This document shows positions 1 through 7,999 of a stretch of DNA of 41,599 nt, in pieces. Both the position numbers and the translations under genes were made by a program. The stretch is taken from positions 1 through 41,599 of the forward strand of contig JBGSPG010000022.1 in NCBI GenBank assembly GCA_041738725.1, in the 5' to 3' direction. Source of the DNA: Candidatus Saccharimonadales bacterium (GTDB taxonomy: Bacteria; Patescibacteriota; Saccharimonadia; Saccharimonadales; UBA7683). Each line of letters begins with the position of its first letter. Position 1 is the first letter of the stretch. The notes under the pieces are model-generated. The model did not search any database. It was not told where the DNA came from and saw only the letters and a list, made by a program, of their open reading frames with translations.

Positions 1-101
1 GTCAATACAGTTTTCTCAAGAATACGTTTCCAACTTGAAAAAGTCTTTGGCATAATTCTAATTGCACTCGGGGTAAAAGTAGCACTCGGAGCGCATAAAT
101 A

Positions 102-1202
102 ATGGCCAAGCAAGATTACTATGAATTACTGGGTATTTCTAAAGACGCCTCTGCTGATGAAATCAAAAAGGCCTTTCGGAAACTTGCTGTAAAACATCAC
201 CCAGATAAAGAAGGTGGTGATGAAGCTAAGTTTAAAGAAATTAGCGAAGCATACGAGGTCTTGAAGGATCAAACTAAACGACAGCGATACGATCAATTCG
301 GTCATGCCGGTGTTGGTGGTAATAGCGGAGCACCTGGTGGTAATCCATTTGAAGGTTTTGGTGGCCAAGGCCAGAGTATGCACTTTGATTTTGGAGATGG
401 TGGCCTCGGCGACATCTTCGGTAGCTTCTTCGGTGGTGGTCAAAGTCAGCGCCGCTCAGAAGATATGGGTAGAGATATTCAAACTGAAATTACCCTTACA
501 TTTGAAGAAGCCATTTTTGGTCTCGAACGGACAATCAGCCTTTCTATGAATGATGTCTGTACGCACTGTAAGGGCAAGCGTGCTGAGCCGGGCTACGAAC
601 TTAAAACCTGTGAGACCTGTCATGGCTCAGGGCAGGTGGTTCAGCAGATGAACACTATTTTTGGAGCTATTCAACAGGCCGCACTCTGCCGTGAATGTGA
701 AGGGCGAGGTAAAATACCAGAAAAAACCTGTTCAGTCTGTCATGCAACTGGCGTCGAGAGGGTTAAGCAAGAAATCACCATTAAGATTCCTGCTGGTATA
801 GACGACGGTGCTGTTATACGGCTTCGTGAGCACGGCGAGGCTGCCGCAAACGGTAATAAGGGTGATTTGTATGTACAGCTTAATGTGAAGCCCCACAAAC
901 ACTTCACGCGTGAAGGTGATTTAGTGCTTTCTAATGAACATATAGATATGGTAGATGCCGCGCTCGGTACAGAGATAGCGGTACAAACCGTCGATGGTCC
1001 AATTACCATGAAGGTACCGGCTGGTACGCAGAGTGGAACTGACTTCAAGCTTTCTGGTCACGGAGTCCCGCACCTCAGAGATAAAAACCGTGGTCCACAC
1101 ATTGTTACGGTGCTGGTAGACACCCCAACCAACCTTTCAAAAGCACAAAAAGAGATCCTCGAAGAAATTCGAAGCACAAAGAAAAAAGGCTTCTTCGGCT
1201 AG
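102..1202 (+). CDS. dnaJ: Molecular chaperone DnaJ
   Basis: J domain (DYYELLGI...KHHPDK), G/F-rich linker, four zinc-finger repeats (CTHCKGKR, CETCHGSG, CRECEGRG, CSVCHATG), C-terminal substrate-binding region; GGAG about 10 nt upstream of ATG. Confidence 0.95.
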   Translation: MAKQDYYELLGISKDASADEIKKAFRKLAVKHHPDKEGGDEAKFKEISEAYEVLKDQTKRQRYDQFGHAGVGGNSGAPGGNPFEGFGGQGQSMHFDFGDGGLGDIFGSFFGGGQSQRRSEDMGRDIQTEITLTFEEAIFGLERTISLSMNDVCTHCKGKRAEPGYELKTCETCHGSGQVVQQMNTIFGAIQQAALCRECEGRGKIPEKTCSVCHATGVERVKQEITIKIPAGIDDGAVIRLREHGEAAANGNKGDLYVQLNVKPHKHFTREGDLVLSNEHIDMVDAALGTEIAVQTVDGPITMKVPAGTQSGTDFKLSGHGVPHLRDKNRGPHIVTVLVDTPTNLSKAQKEILEEIRSTKKKGFFG

Positions 1203-1276
1203 TTCCATTCTGTGCCGCTTGCCCTATCGAATGATAGGGTCATCCGTATTCCGATACGGGATCCAATCATATAAAC

Positions 1277-1306
1277 CAAAAATGCCGCTATTACAGCGGC
1301 ACTTTT
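1277..1306. terminator. Bidirectional intrinsic terminator between convergent dnaJ and the membrane-protein gene
   Basis: Stem TGCCGCT(1283-1289)/AGCGGCA(1295-1301), 5-nt loop, A-run upstream and T-run downstream; preceded by two further perfect hairpins (CCCTATC-GAAT-GATAGGG at 1222-1239; CCGTAT-TCCG-ATACGG at 1244-1259). Confidence 0.7.
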
Positions 1307-1326
1307 TCAAAGTTAACTCAGAAAAG

Positions 1327-1686
1327 TTATTTTACAATCTGAATTTCACCAATCAGCGGTAATTTTTCCATCTTACCGTTAACTGCATTTATAATGCCGA
1401 TAATTGCAAGAACAAAGCTACCAATTGCTACAACTGGTAGAATTATGAACCAGCCGATAATCGGTAGAATACTACCAACCGTGCTACCGATAAAGCTCAG
1501 AATGAACAGGTTTATAGCTTGCTTAGCGTGGAACTGTGCAAATGCAGAGTCTTTAGCCACAAGTAGTGGTATAAGGAACAAAATTCCAATGTAGCCAATT
1601 GCTGCATATACTTTGTTATCTTCAACGTCTTTAGTTTGTGCCTCTGGCTTAACTGCCTTCGGTGCTGATTTTTTTGCTTCTGCCAT
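1327..1686 (-). CDS. Small integral membrane protein, DUF4870-like
   Basis: Charged N-terminus followed by three hydrophobic helices; segment YAAIGYIGILFLIPLL...AKDSAFAQFHAKQAINL resembles the DUF4870 family signature (from memory). Confidence 0.55.
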   Translation of the reverse strand: MAEAKKSAPKAVKPEAQTKDVEDNKVYAAIGYIGILFLIPLLVAKDSAFAQFHAKQAINLFILSFIGSTVGSILPIIGWFIILPVVAIGSFVLAIIGIINAVNGKMEKLPLIGEIQIVK

Positions 1687-1821
1687 GATGAATTCCTTAT
1701 CCGTTATTAGTATTTCTGCATTAATAATGCCAAAAGTATCGTAAAATTACAATCACATGGTGTATTGTTTATATTTCGTCATGGTACAGTAATGTATATA
1801 TTTATTAAATAGTATTCAAGA

Positions 1822-2838
1822 ATGAAAGTCATTATGCCTGAAGACGCAGTTCCAAATTTACTCGCCGAAGAATACTCTGCGATTAGCTTAATTACGGCTG
1901 AACTTAAAAAAATTGGTTATACACACGAGTATTTTTGGGTTGGCGATGAATCATATTCGAGGTTTCAACATACAAATTCGAGAACGTGGGTTACTAGGAA
2001 CGCGAGTATATCGTACCCAATGACCAACCCTGCAATATCACACCTTTGTAAACATAAAAATCTTACATATGAATATGTGTCGAATAACGGAATAACCGTA
2101 CCAGTCACGCTTCAGCGAGGCGGCGACAAAGACTCTGGCGCCACAGATATGAATGACTTACTAGATAGATTCAAAAAGCTCGTCATCAAACCTGTTGATT
2201 CGCTGTCATCGAAAGGTCTGACTATCGGAGTAACAGACAGTGTGTCGCTGAATATTGCCATCGACTACGCACTCGAGTACTCAGACACGGCTCTTGTACA
2301 ACAACAGATTGAGGGTGATGAAGTTAGGTTTGTACTCTTCGACGGAATAATTACAGCAGCGCTGATTCGGCAGACGCCTCAGGTAGTTGGCGATGGTACT
2401 AGTAGTATCAGAGAGCTCATTGAGCAAGAAAATGTTTCAAGGCGACTAATTGTAGATACCATGGTTACATATCCTGATATCGATGTCGATCAGCTGACTG
2501 GCATCAACTTGTCTTTAATTCCTGAGGATGGAGAGGTTATTGAACTCAGTAGGGCAACCTCTATCCGAAACGGAGCATCGATTTATAATGTAATTGATAA
2601 GGTGCATGAATCGTATATCAAGCTGGTTGAACTACTAATAGCAGATCTAGGTGCACGCTTCATCGTAGTAGATGTGATGTTTAAGGATTATACAATGCCG
2701 GCAGATGACCAAAACTATGCGCTTATTGAGTTCAATGAACTTCCATCGCTTCGACTTTGTTACAGTAGTAGAGACGGCAGTCACTACGATATTTTGAGTT
2801 ATTTAATCCCGATGATTGATTCCACGCTAAAGCATTGA
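1822..2838 (+). CDS. ATP-grasp ligase, RimK-related (alpha-L-glutamate-ligase-related type)
   Basis: 338 aa; ATP-grasp-like elements LVIKPVDSLSSKG, QQQIEGDEVRFVLFDG, ALIEFNELPS (E-x-N metal site); sits immediately upstream of a QEGLA-type gene, the partner such ligases usually have. Confidence 0.55.
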   Translation: MKVIMPEDAVPNLLAEEYSAISLITAELKKIGYTHEYFWVGDESYSRFQHTNSRTWVTRNASISYPMTNPAISHLCKHKNLTYEYVSNNGITVPVTLQRGGDKDSGATDMNDLLDRFKKLVIKPVDSLSSKGLTIGVTDSVSLNIAIDYALEYSDTALVQQQIEGDEVRFVLFDGIITAALIRQTPQVVGDGTSSIRELIEQENVSRRLIVDTMVTYPDIDVDQLTGINLSLIPEDGEVIELSRATSIRNGASIYNVIDKVHESYIKLVELLIADLGARFIVVDVMFKDYTMPADDQNYALIEFNELPSLRLCYSSRDGSHYDILSYLIPMIDSTLKH

Positions 2839-2864
2839 CAAAAAGGTATATTTAGTGCTATAAT
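2835..2864 (+). promoter_or_regulatory. Near-consensus sigma70 promoter with leaderless geometry for the 2872-5728 operon
   Basis: TTGACA (2835-2840), 18-nt spacer, TGc-TATAAT (-10 at 2859-2864), then 7 nt before ATG 2872; no Shine-Dalgarno sequence is possible. Confidence 0.7.
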
Positions 2865-2871
2865 ATTACAC

Positions 2872-4338
2872 ATGTTATCGGCACAAGAAACAGATGTAAA
2901 ACATGAAAAAAAAGTAGGCCTAAGCGAGTCACTTGCTCTACAATCCTATGAATTTTTTGATGGCGGTCCAGAACGTAAAACTTCTGTAGATCGTTTTGTT
3001 AGTGGTGAATCAAGCGAACTTGTGCTTGAATACCCCCTTCTTGATGATCATGAGATTGAAGCGCATGTCTCTAACTTATATGTTGAGGTTTCAGATGATA
3101 ACGAAGTTGCAACGGCCGAGTATAGACTTGCCGAAGCGTACTTCTTACTTGCTGCGAGACGCTTGAACTCTGCAGAACGCCCTGTATCTCAGCAAGAAAT
3201 CGATCATTTTCAAGAAATGAACGAAGCAATATATGGCAAGCCAGATGCCGCATCTACAGATAAGCTACTAACGCGTCTCTGGATATTAATAGATGGCATT
3301 AAAAATCCTATAGCCCAGTCAATACAAGCAGATTTGTCTACTGGCTTTGAGGTGATTCTGGAGGATGGATCGACTGTTGAGGTGCTCGCCTTACCACGCC
3401 CAGAGAATGATCAATCCGGGTCTCTACCAGAGCTTTCAGATGAGGCAGTCTCTTGGCTGCAAGAAACATTGCTTATTAAGTTTGCAGAAGCAAAAGATAT
3501 ATTCGAAGAATACTTTAATACACAGGCTGGCGAAGTCGGGGTTGGTCCTGAAGAGATAGCGACACTCTTTGAAGAGGCTATAGAAACTATGGGACTCGAC
3601 GTAGGTGTCATATTGAAAGAAAACGCGACAATGCTTAGCTGGTCATCAGCTGATGGCGCAGTGTGTGTTGGGTCTGAACGAGAGCCAATAAAAACAGCCA
3701 ACTCGTTACTTGGGGTGTTTGTGCACGAAGTTGGTGTACTTGGGATTAGATCTTCTAGGGGTAATAGCACTGGAATTGAAGCCCTGGGTTCAGGTTTGTT
3801 TACTGAAGCAGACGAAGGCGAAGATCCTAGCTATCTTGCATTTGAGGAGGGTCTAGCTTCTACACTACAAGCAGCCGTTCAGGGCAAAGCAGAGAAGTGG
3901 TCAGCTGTTAGTCTTGCACCTGATCTCTGTATTGCGCTAGCTCATCAGGGTTGGACGCCTCGTCAAACACAGGAACTGGTGACAAAAATTCGAACAGTTG
4001 TAGGAATCAAAAAAGACACGGAGCAGATCACCCCAGAGGTAATCCAAAAAGCCGCTAAGGCTACCGCGAACTATAACACCGTACGTGTATTTCGTGGCAC
4101 TCCAACTGATAGGCACTATAAAACATCAGAAGGCGTTACGCTTCATTATGCAAAAGACCTTGCGTACGTAGCAGGCAAGATTAAGGCAATACCACTCCTA
4201 AATCAATTAGCTTTACTACCAGCACAGGAGCGTGAGAACGAGCTTGAGTTACTACTCAGTTCAAAATATGACCCTACAAATAAGCGTCAGAAAACGTTAG
4301 TGGAATCCGTCGAGAGACATGATAAGGTAATGGTATGA
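2872..4338 (+). CDS. DUF1704 / QEGLA-motif-like protein (putative gluzincin-type carboxypeptidase, possibly degenerate)
   Basis: 488 aa; FVHEVGVLG (His285-Glu286, nt 3724-3729) followed ~40 residues later by FEEGLAS (nt 3844-3858), matching the HE...(Q/E)EGLA arrangement; C-terminal RVFRGTP...YAKDLAYVAGK; the second His of a canonical HExxH is not visible. Confidence 0.5.
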   Translation: MLSAQETDVKHEKKVGLSESLALQSYEFFDGGPERKTSVDRFVSGESSELVLEYPLLDDHEIEAHVSNLYVEVSDDNEVATAEYRLAEAYFLLAARRLNSAERPVSQQEIDHFQEMNEAIYGKPDAASTDKLLTRLWILIDGIKNPIAQSIQADLSTGFEVILEDGSTVEVLALPRPENDQSGSLPELSDEAVSWLQETLLIKFAEAKDIFEEYFNTQAGEVGVGPEEIATLFEEAIETMGLDVGVILKENATMLSWSSADGAVCVGSEREPIKTANSLLGVFVHEVGVLGIRSSRGNSTGIEALGSGLFTEADEGEDPSYLAFEEGLASTLQAAVQGKAEKWSAVSLAPDLCIALAHQGWTPRQTQELVTKIRTVVGIKKDTEQITPEVIQKAAKATANYNTVRVFRGTPTDRHYKTSEGVTLHYAKDLAYVAGKIKAIPLLNQLALLPAQERENELELLLSSKYDPTNKRQKTLVESVERHDKVMV

Positions 4339-4820
4339 GTAAGTATCAAGTAATTATTGGGCGTTTTGAGTATGTCGATATTACGGATGGTTTATGCGCT
4401 ATTCCTGCAAAAATTGATACCGGTGCAAACCGCTCGTCCATCCATGCATCAAAGATTCACGTTGTGACTACCGCCGGCAAAGAAGTACTTCACTTTACGC
4501 TTCTTAACCACCCCACTCATCCAGAGGGTGTTTCTATGTCTACAGACAAGTTTTCACAGATGCAAGTGAAGAGTTCAAATGGCCATATTTCTACACGATA
4601 TGAAATTAAGCTTAAAATTAAGCTCGGCTATAAAGTATTCGTAGCCTCATTCACACTTGCAGATCGTTCAAATAACGTCTTCCCGATATTAATTGGTAGA
4701 GAGGCGCTGCGTACTCGCTTTCTGGTTGACCCCGAAAGAGCAGGAGTTAAACGCAGTGAACTAAAATCTGCATTAGCTAAAACAACAATCGTCGAAGACA
4801 TAGAAGGAGTAAACGTATGA
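4335..4820 (+). CDS. RimB-like retropepsin-fold protease (DUF785, 'ATP-dependent zinc protease' family)
   Basis: 161 aa; IPAKIDTGANRSSIHA with an aspartic-protease D-T-G triad (nt 4416-4424); ATGA overlap with the upstream gene (4335-4338) and with the downstream rimK (4817-4820). Confidence 0.7.
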   Translation: MSKYQVIIGRFEYVDITDGLCAIPAKIDTGANRSSIHASKIHVVTTAGKEVLHFTLLNHPTHPEGVSMSTDKFSQMQVKSSNGHISTRYEIKLKIKLGYKVFVASFTLADRSNNVFPILIGREALRTRFLVDPERAGVKRSELKSALAKTTIVEDIEGVNV

Positions 4821-5728
4821 ACATAGTAATTCTCAGTAACGGCCCAAGTAACTACTCCACGAAGCGTCTTAAAGAAGAGGCGCTTGCCCGTGGGCATAAG
4901 GTACGGATTGTAAAATACCGTGATTGTTATGCAGGTATTGAACAGAGTAACCCGACCGTTAGTTATAAAGGAATTGATCTAATTGATGTTGATGCAATTA
5001 TCCCGCGTATCGCAAGTAACATGACTAGGTACGGAACCGCTATTGTCCGTCAGTTTGAAATGCAGGGAGTCTATACAACTGCCAGTTCAATCGCAATTGT
5101 TCGTTCACGAGATAAGCTCCGGTCTATGCAGTTGTTTGCAAAAGCTGGAGTTGGAATACCGAAGACTGTTTTTTCACGCAATACTCTCGATATTGACGAT
5201 CTCCTAGAACAGGTGGGTGGTACACCAGTTATCATTAAGCTTGCTCGCGGAACTCACGGTAACGGCGTTGTGCTTGCTGAAACAAAGAAGGCCGCAAAGT
5301 CGGTTCTTCAGGCACTTTATCTACATAACGAAGATGGAACGAACATCTTATTGCAAGAATTTGTAAAAGAGTCAGCGGGTGAAGACATTCGTGCATTTGT
5401 TGTGGGTGGTAGGGTTGTTGCAAGTATGAAGCGACAAAGTCTTGATGACGATTTCAGAAGTAACCTACACCAGGGAGGTGAGGGGGCTACAGTTAAATTG
5501 ACTGATGAAGAGAAGAAGGTTGCTCTCAAGGCTGCCAAGTCAATGGGTCTTGCTATATGTGGTGTAGATATGATGCGCTCAGCACGTGGGCCACTAGTTC
5601 TAGAAGTTAACTCTAGCCCTGGCTTCGGTATAGAAAAGGTGACAGGGCGTAACGTTGCAGCAAAAGTGATAGACTATATCGAGATCAATGCGAAACGGAA
5701 TAATAAAAAAGATAAGGTTGGTGCGTAA
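4817..5728 (+). CDS. rimK: RimK-family alpha-L-glutamate ligase (ribosomal protein S6 modification-type ATP-grasp)
   Basis: 303 aa; N-terminus MNIVILSNGPSNYSTKRLKEEALARGHKV, VIIKLARGTHGNGV, ILLQEFVKES..DIRAFVVGGRVV, VLEVNSSPG are typical RimK ATP-grasp blocks. Confidence 0.85.
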   Translation: MNIVILSNGPSNYSTKRLKEEALARGHKVRIVKYRDCYAGIEQSNPTVSYKGIDLIDVDAIIPRIASNMTRYGTAIVRQFEMQGVYTTASSIAIVRSRDKLRSMQLFAKAGVGIPKTVFSRNTLDIDDLLEQVGGTPVIIKLARGTHGNGVVLAETKKAAKSVLQALYLHNEDGTNILLQEFVKESAGEDIRAFVVGGRVVASMKRQSLDDDFRSNLHQGGEGATVKLTDEEKKVALKAAKSMGLAICGVDMMRSARGPLVLEVNSSPGFGIEKVTGRNVAAKVIDYIEINAKRNNKKDKVGA

Positions 5729-6149
5729 AGTATTCATAGGGGCGGGAATTTGTGTAATTGGTGCCCTATTATTTTTTGCGATAACTTCGCAAAAACAGCT
5801 TGTACCACTAACGATAGGTGGACAAAGTCTTAATGTAGAAATTGCGAATACGTCGCAAAAAAGAGAACAGGGTTTATGTTGCCGAGAGAACTTACCTTCT
5901 GATCAGGGTATGTTGTTTGTGTATGACTCACCTGGCGATTATCGATTTTGGATGAAAGACACTCAGATTCCGCTCGATATGTTTTGGATTGATTCTAAGA
6001 AGTCTGTTGTACATATAGAAGAGAACGTGCAGCCGAGCAGCTATCCGCAAACGTTTGGCACAAGTATTCCAGCACAATATGTACTTGAAACAAACGCAGG
6101 ATTCGCAAAAGAGTACGGTATTAAAAATCGCGACAAAGTCGCATTTTAG
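5688..6149 (+). CDS. DUF192 domain protein with an N-terminal membrane anchor
   Basis: TM helix, then LPSDQGMLFVY...FWMKDTQIPLDMFWID, typical of DUF192; the start is uncertain (overlaps the rimK end by 41 nt; an alternative GTG lies near 5721). Confidence 0.65.
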   Translation: MRNGIIKKIRLVRKVFIGAGICVIGALLFFAITSQKQLVPLTIGGQSLNVEIANTSQKREQGLCCRENLPSDQGMLFVYDSPGDYRFWMKDTQIPLDMFWIDSKKSVVHIEENVQPSSYPQTFGTSIPAQYVLETNAGFAKEYGIKNRDKVAF

Positions 6150-6200
6150 AAAAACCACGTATGCTTCCTCCCCTATGCCAAATCTGATACCATTAGCAGT

Positions 6201-6683
6201 ATGGTAGATATTATTGCACCCGTTGTGGTCCTTCTTGTTGTCTTGGTTGTTGTTCTTCATAGAACCAGTGCTGGCGTTGCCGTATTGGCATTACTTGCAG
6301 GTGTACTTTTAGACCAGCTGCTCAGTGCGTGGGTGATAGCAGCGCTGCCATCACAGCAGGCCCCACTTAATATATATGTTTCTGTAGTCGTACATCTGCT
6401 GATTACGTTCACTCCAATGGTGGTGGCTCTGGCATTTGTAAAGGCGACTCGTCAATCTCTAATTGTCCCGATATTAACAGGGCTTGTCCTGGGTTTCTTG
6501 GTTGTGTACTTTGGCCTAAGGATTGTTGCTCCGCTTCCTGCGGTTACTAAAGTTGCAAATAAATCAGGGTTGATTACGTTCTTGGGCCCATATCAGAACG
6601 CAATACTAGCAGCCAGCGCGGTGCTAGCAATTCTAGCTATGGTGATAGATCACCGCAAAATCAGAGGCAAAAAAGACAAATAA
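6201..6683 (+). CDS. Hypothetical polytopic membrane protein
   Basis: 160 aa, almost entirely hydrophobic helices, basic C-terminus (HRKIRGKKDK); no recognisable family motif. Confidence 0.5.
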   Translation: MVDIIAPVVVLLVVLVVVLHRTSAGVAVLALLAGVLLDQLLSAWVIAALPSQQAPLNIYVSVVVHLLITFTPMVVALAFVKATRQSLIVPILTGLVLGFLVVYFGLRIVAPLPAVTKVANKSGLITFLGPYQNAILAASAVLAILAMVIDHRKIRGKKDK

Positions 6684-6762
6684 CATTGCCTTTAACCTGT
6701 TATTATGAGAAAATACCCTAGTCTTCGTCAAACGGCGAACCGTACATTCCATTCTAAAATAA

Positions 6763-6783
6763 GGGCCAGTAGCTCGGCTGCCC
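6763..6783 (+). pseudogene. Internally deleted remnant of tRNA-Lys (5' acceptor/D-stem fused to the 3' acceptor strand)
   Basis: GGGCCAGTAGCTCgGCTGCCC equals tRNA positions 1-13 joined to GGCTG(G)CCC of the 3' end; the upstream ATAA context is also duplicated relative to the intact gene at 6890. Confidence 0.6.
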
Positions 6784-6820
6784 TTAAAAACACAGTTGTT
6801 AAAAAATAGATAATAAGCCT

Positions 6821-6832
6821 GTGCTCTAACCA
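6821..6832 (-). repeat. Inverted 12-nt fragment of the tRNA-Lys D-arm
   Basis: GTGCTCTAACCA is the exact reverse complement of TGGTTAGAGCAC in the tRNA at 6906-6917. Confidence 0.5.
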
Positions 6833-6889
6833 AACGGTAATCACAACAGTTTATTACAGAGCGTACCTTCCAAAATCACATATATATAA

Positions 6890-6966
6890 GGGCCAGTAGC
6901 TCAGCTGGTTAGAGCACCTGCCTTTTAAGCAGGGTGTCCCGGGTTCAAGTCCCGGCTGGCCCTCCA
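6890..6966 (+). tRNA. tRNA-Lys (anticodon UUU), CCA encoded
   Basis: Cloverleaf read by eye: acceptor GGGCCAG/CTGGCCC, D-stem GCTC/GAGC, anticodon stem CCTGC/GCAGG with loop CTTTTAA (anticodon TTT), T-stem CCGGG/CCCGG with loop TTCAAGT, discriminator T plus CCA. Confidence 0.9.
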
Positions 6967-7018
6967 ATATGGTTATGTTTAAAAGACGCGAAAGCGTCTT
7001 TTTTGGTATGATGAACAC
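6956..7018 (+). repeat. Junction repeat A (native tRNA 3' end + GAAA-loop terminator + extended -10)
   Basis: CTGGCCCTCCA-ATATGGTTATGTTTAAAAGACGC-GAAA-GCGTCTTTTTTGgTATGAT, then 6 nt to ATG 7019. Confidence 0.75.
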
Positions 7019-7693
7019 ATGAACCAACCTTCAATAAGTATCGTCATCCCAGCCTTCAACGAGGCTAAGAATATCGAACCGTGCATTAAAGCTATCCGGC
7101 CTCAACTTAAAGATGGTGATGAGCTTATTGTAGTTGATAACAACTCAATCGATGCTACAACAAAGCTAGCTAAACAATGTGGTGCAATTGTCCTGTATGA
7201 AGGAAAACAGGGTATAAGCTATGCTCGCAATAAAGGATTTAATTCAGCCAAGAACCCCATTATTGCTCGAACAGATGCCGATACGATTATTGGTGAGGAT
7301 TGGCTTGATAGTATACGTGAATATTATCAACAAGAAGATCTCCAAGATAATGCTGTAGGCGGTCCAGTGTACCTTAAAGAGTTCTTACCACTCAGGTTAG
7401 GCGTCCATCAGGGACTCACTAAGAAGATGCTTGGTCATGAAACCTTAATTGGTGGTAATTTTGCTCTATCAAAAAGTCTATGGGATAAAGTAAAAGGCAG
7501 AGTAAGTAATGACGATAGTATGTACGCCGAAGATATGGAGTTGGCAATTCTCATAACCAAGAGTGGCGGGCAAGTTGAGTTTCTGCCATCAATGATTGTC
7601 GCAACATCAGCTCGTTGGATGATACGGCATCCAATACACTCGCTTACTACTTGGCGAGCAAAGACCAAACAGACTAAGCGGCTGCAATTCTAG
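7019..7693 (+). CDS. Family 2 glycosyltransferase (cassette 1)
   Basis: ISIVIPAFNEAKNI, LIVVDNNSID, ARTDADT (DxD-like): typical GT-A/GT2 blocks. Confidence 0.8.
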   Translation: MNQPSISIVIPAFNEAKNIEPCIKAIRPQLKDGDELIVVDNNSIDATTKLAKQCGAIVLYEGKQGISYARNKGFNSAKNPIIARTDADTIIGEDWLDSIREYYQQEDLQDNAVGGPVYLKEFLPLRLGVHQGLTKKMLGHETLIGGNFALSKSLWDKVKGRVSNDDSMYAEDMELAILITKSGGQVEFLPSMIVATSARWMIRHPIHSLTTWRAKTKQTKRLQF

Positions 7694-7710
7694 TTCCGAT
7701 AGCATCTACG

Positions 7711-7750
7711 ATGGCCCTCCACGAATGAACCGTCCTTTTGGACGGTTTTT
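7711..7750 (+). repeat. Junction repeat B (core + different hairpin terminator, no following ORF)
   Basis: ATGGCCCTCCA (7711-7721), then CCGTCC-TTTT-GGACGG (7729-7744) plus a T-run. Confidence 0.6.
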
Positions 7751-7892
7751 TCGTGGTAAGGTTTGCCGAGATTTTTACCCGAGACACTCCAGGGTGTCGT
7801 GGGTGAAAAAAGCCAGTGGCATTTTGCAAGAGAATCTTACAGATTGACCACTTGTTGGCAGTATGTAAATTCTGGGGTCGCGCTAGTGTGAC

Positions 7893-7999
7893 CAAGTCCC
7901 GGCTGCCTGCGCACCGAAGCTATTGCGAAGGAGTGGCCCTCCAACACGCTTACGTTAAAACAGAGGTAATTAACCTCTGTTTTTGATATACTCTAAGTC
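7893..7999 (+). repeat. Junction repeat C (longer tRNA 3' fragment split by a 29-nt insertion + hairpin + extended -10)
   Basis: CAAGTCCCGGCTG (7893-7905, identical to tRNA 6946-6958), a 29-nt insert, then GGCCCTCCA (7935-7943), ACACGCTTACGTTAAAACAGAGG-TAATTAA-CCTCTGTTTTTGaTATACT, then 7 nt to ATG 8000. Confidence 0.75.

Noticed and set aside
126-1048. Minus-strand ORFs 126-443 and 740-1048, and the plus-strand alternate-frame ORF 304-549, all inside dnaJ
   Set aside because: They lie entirely within a confidently identified dnaJ CDS. Their translations are low-complexity with no motifs, typical of shadow ORFs.
3071-3770. ORFs 3071-3253(-), 3365-3559(+) and 3411-3770(-) inside the DUF1704-like gene
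   Set aside because: They are embedded in a longer, translationally coupled CDS. They have no start-site signals and no recognisable motifs.
6633-6833. Minus-strand 66-aa ORF spanning the end of the membrane-protein gene and the tRNA debris
   Set aside because: It overlaps a real CDS and the tRNA-derived fragments. It has no promoter or RBS context, so it is most likely spurious.
7674-7895. Minus-strand 73-aa ORF in the empty cassette slot
   Set aside because: It starts at a TTG codon, runs through the junction-repeat hairpin and overlaps the GT2 3' end. Its composition is not protein-like. I treat the slot as non-coding.
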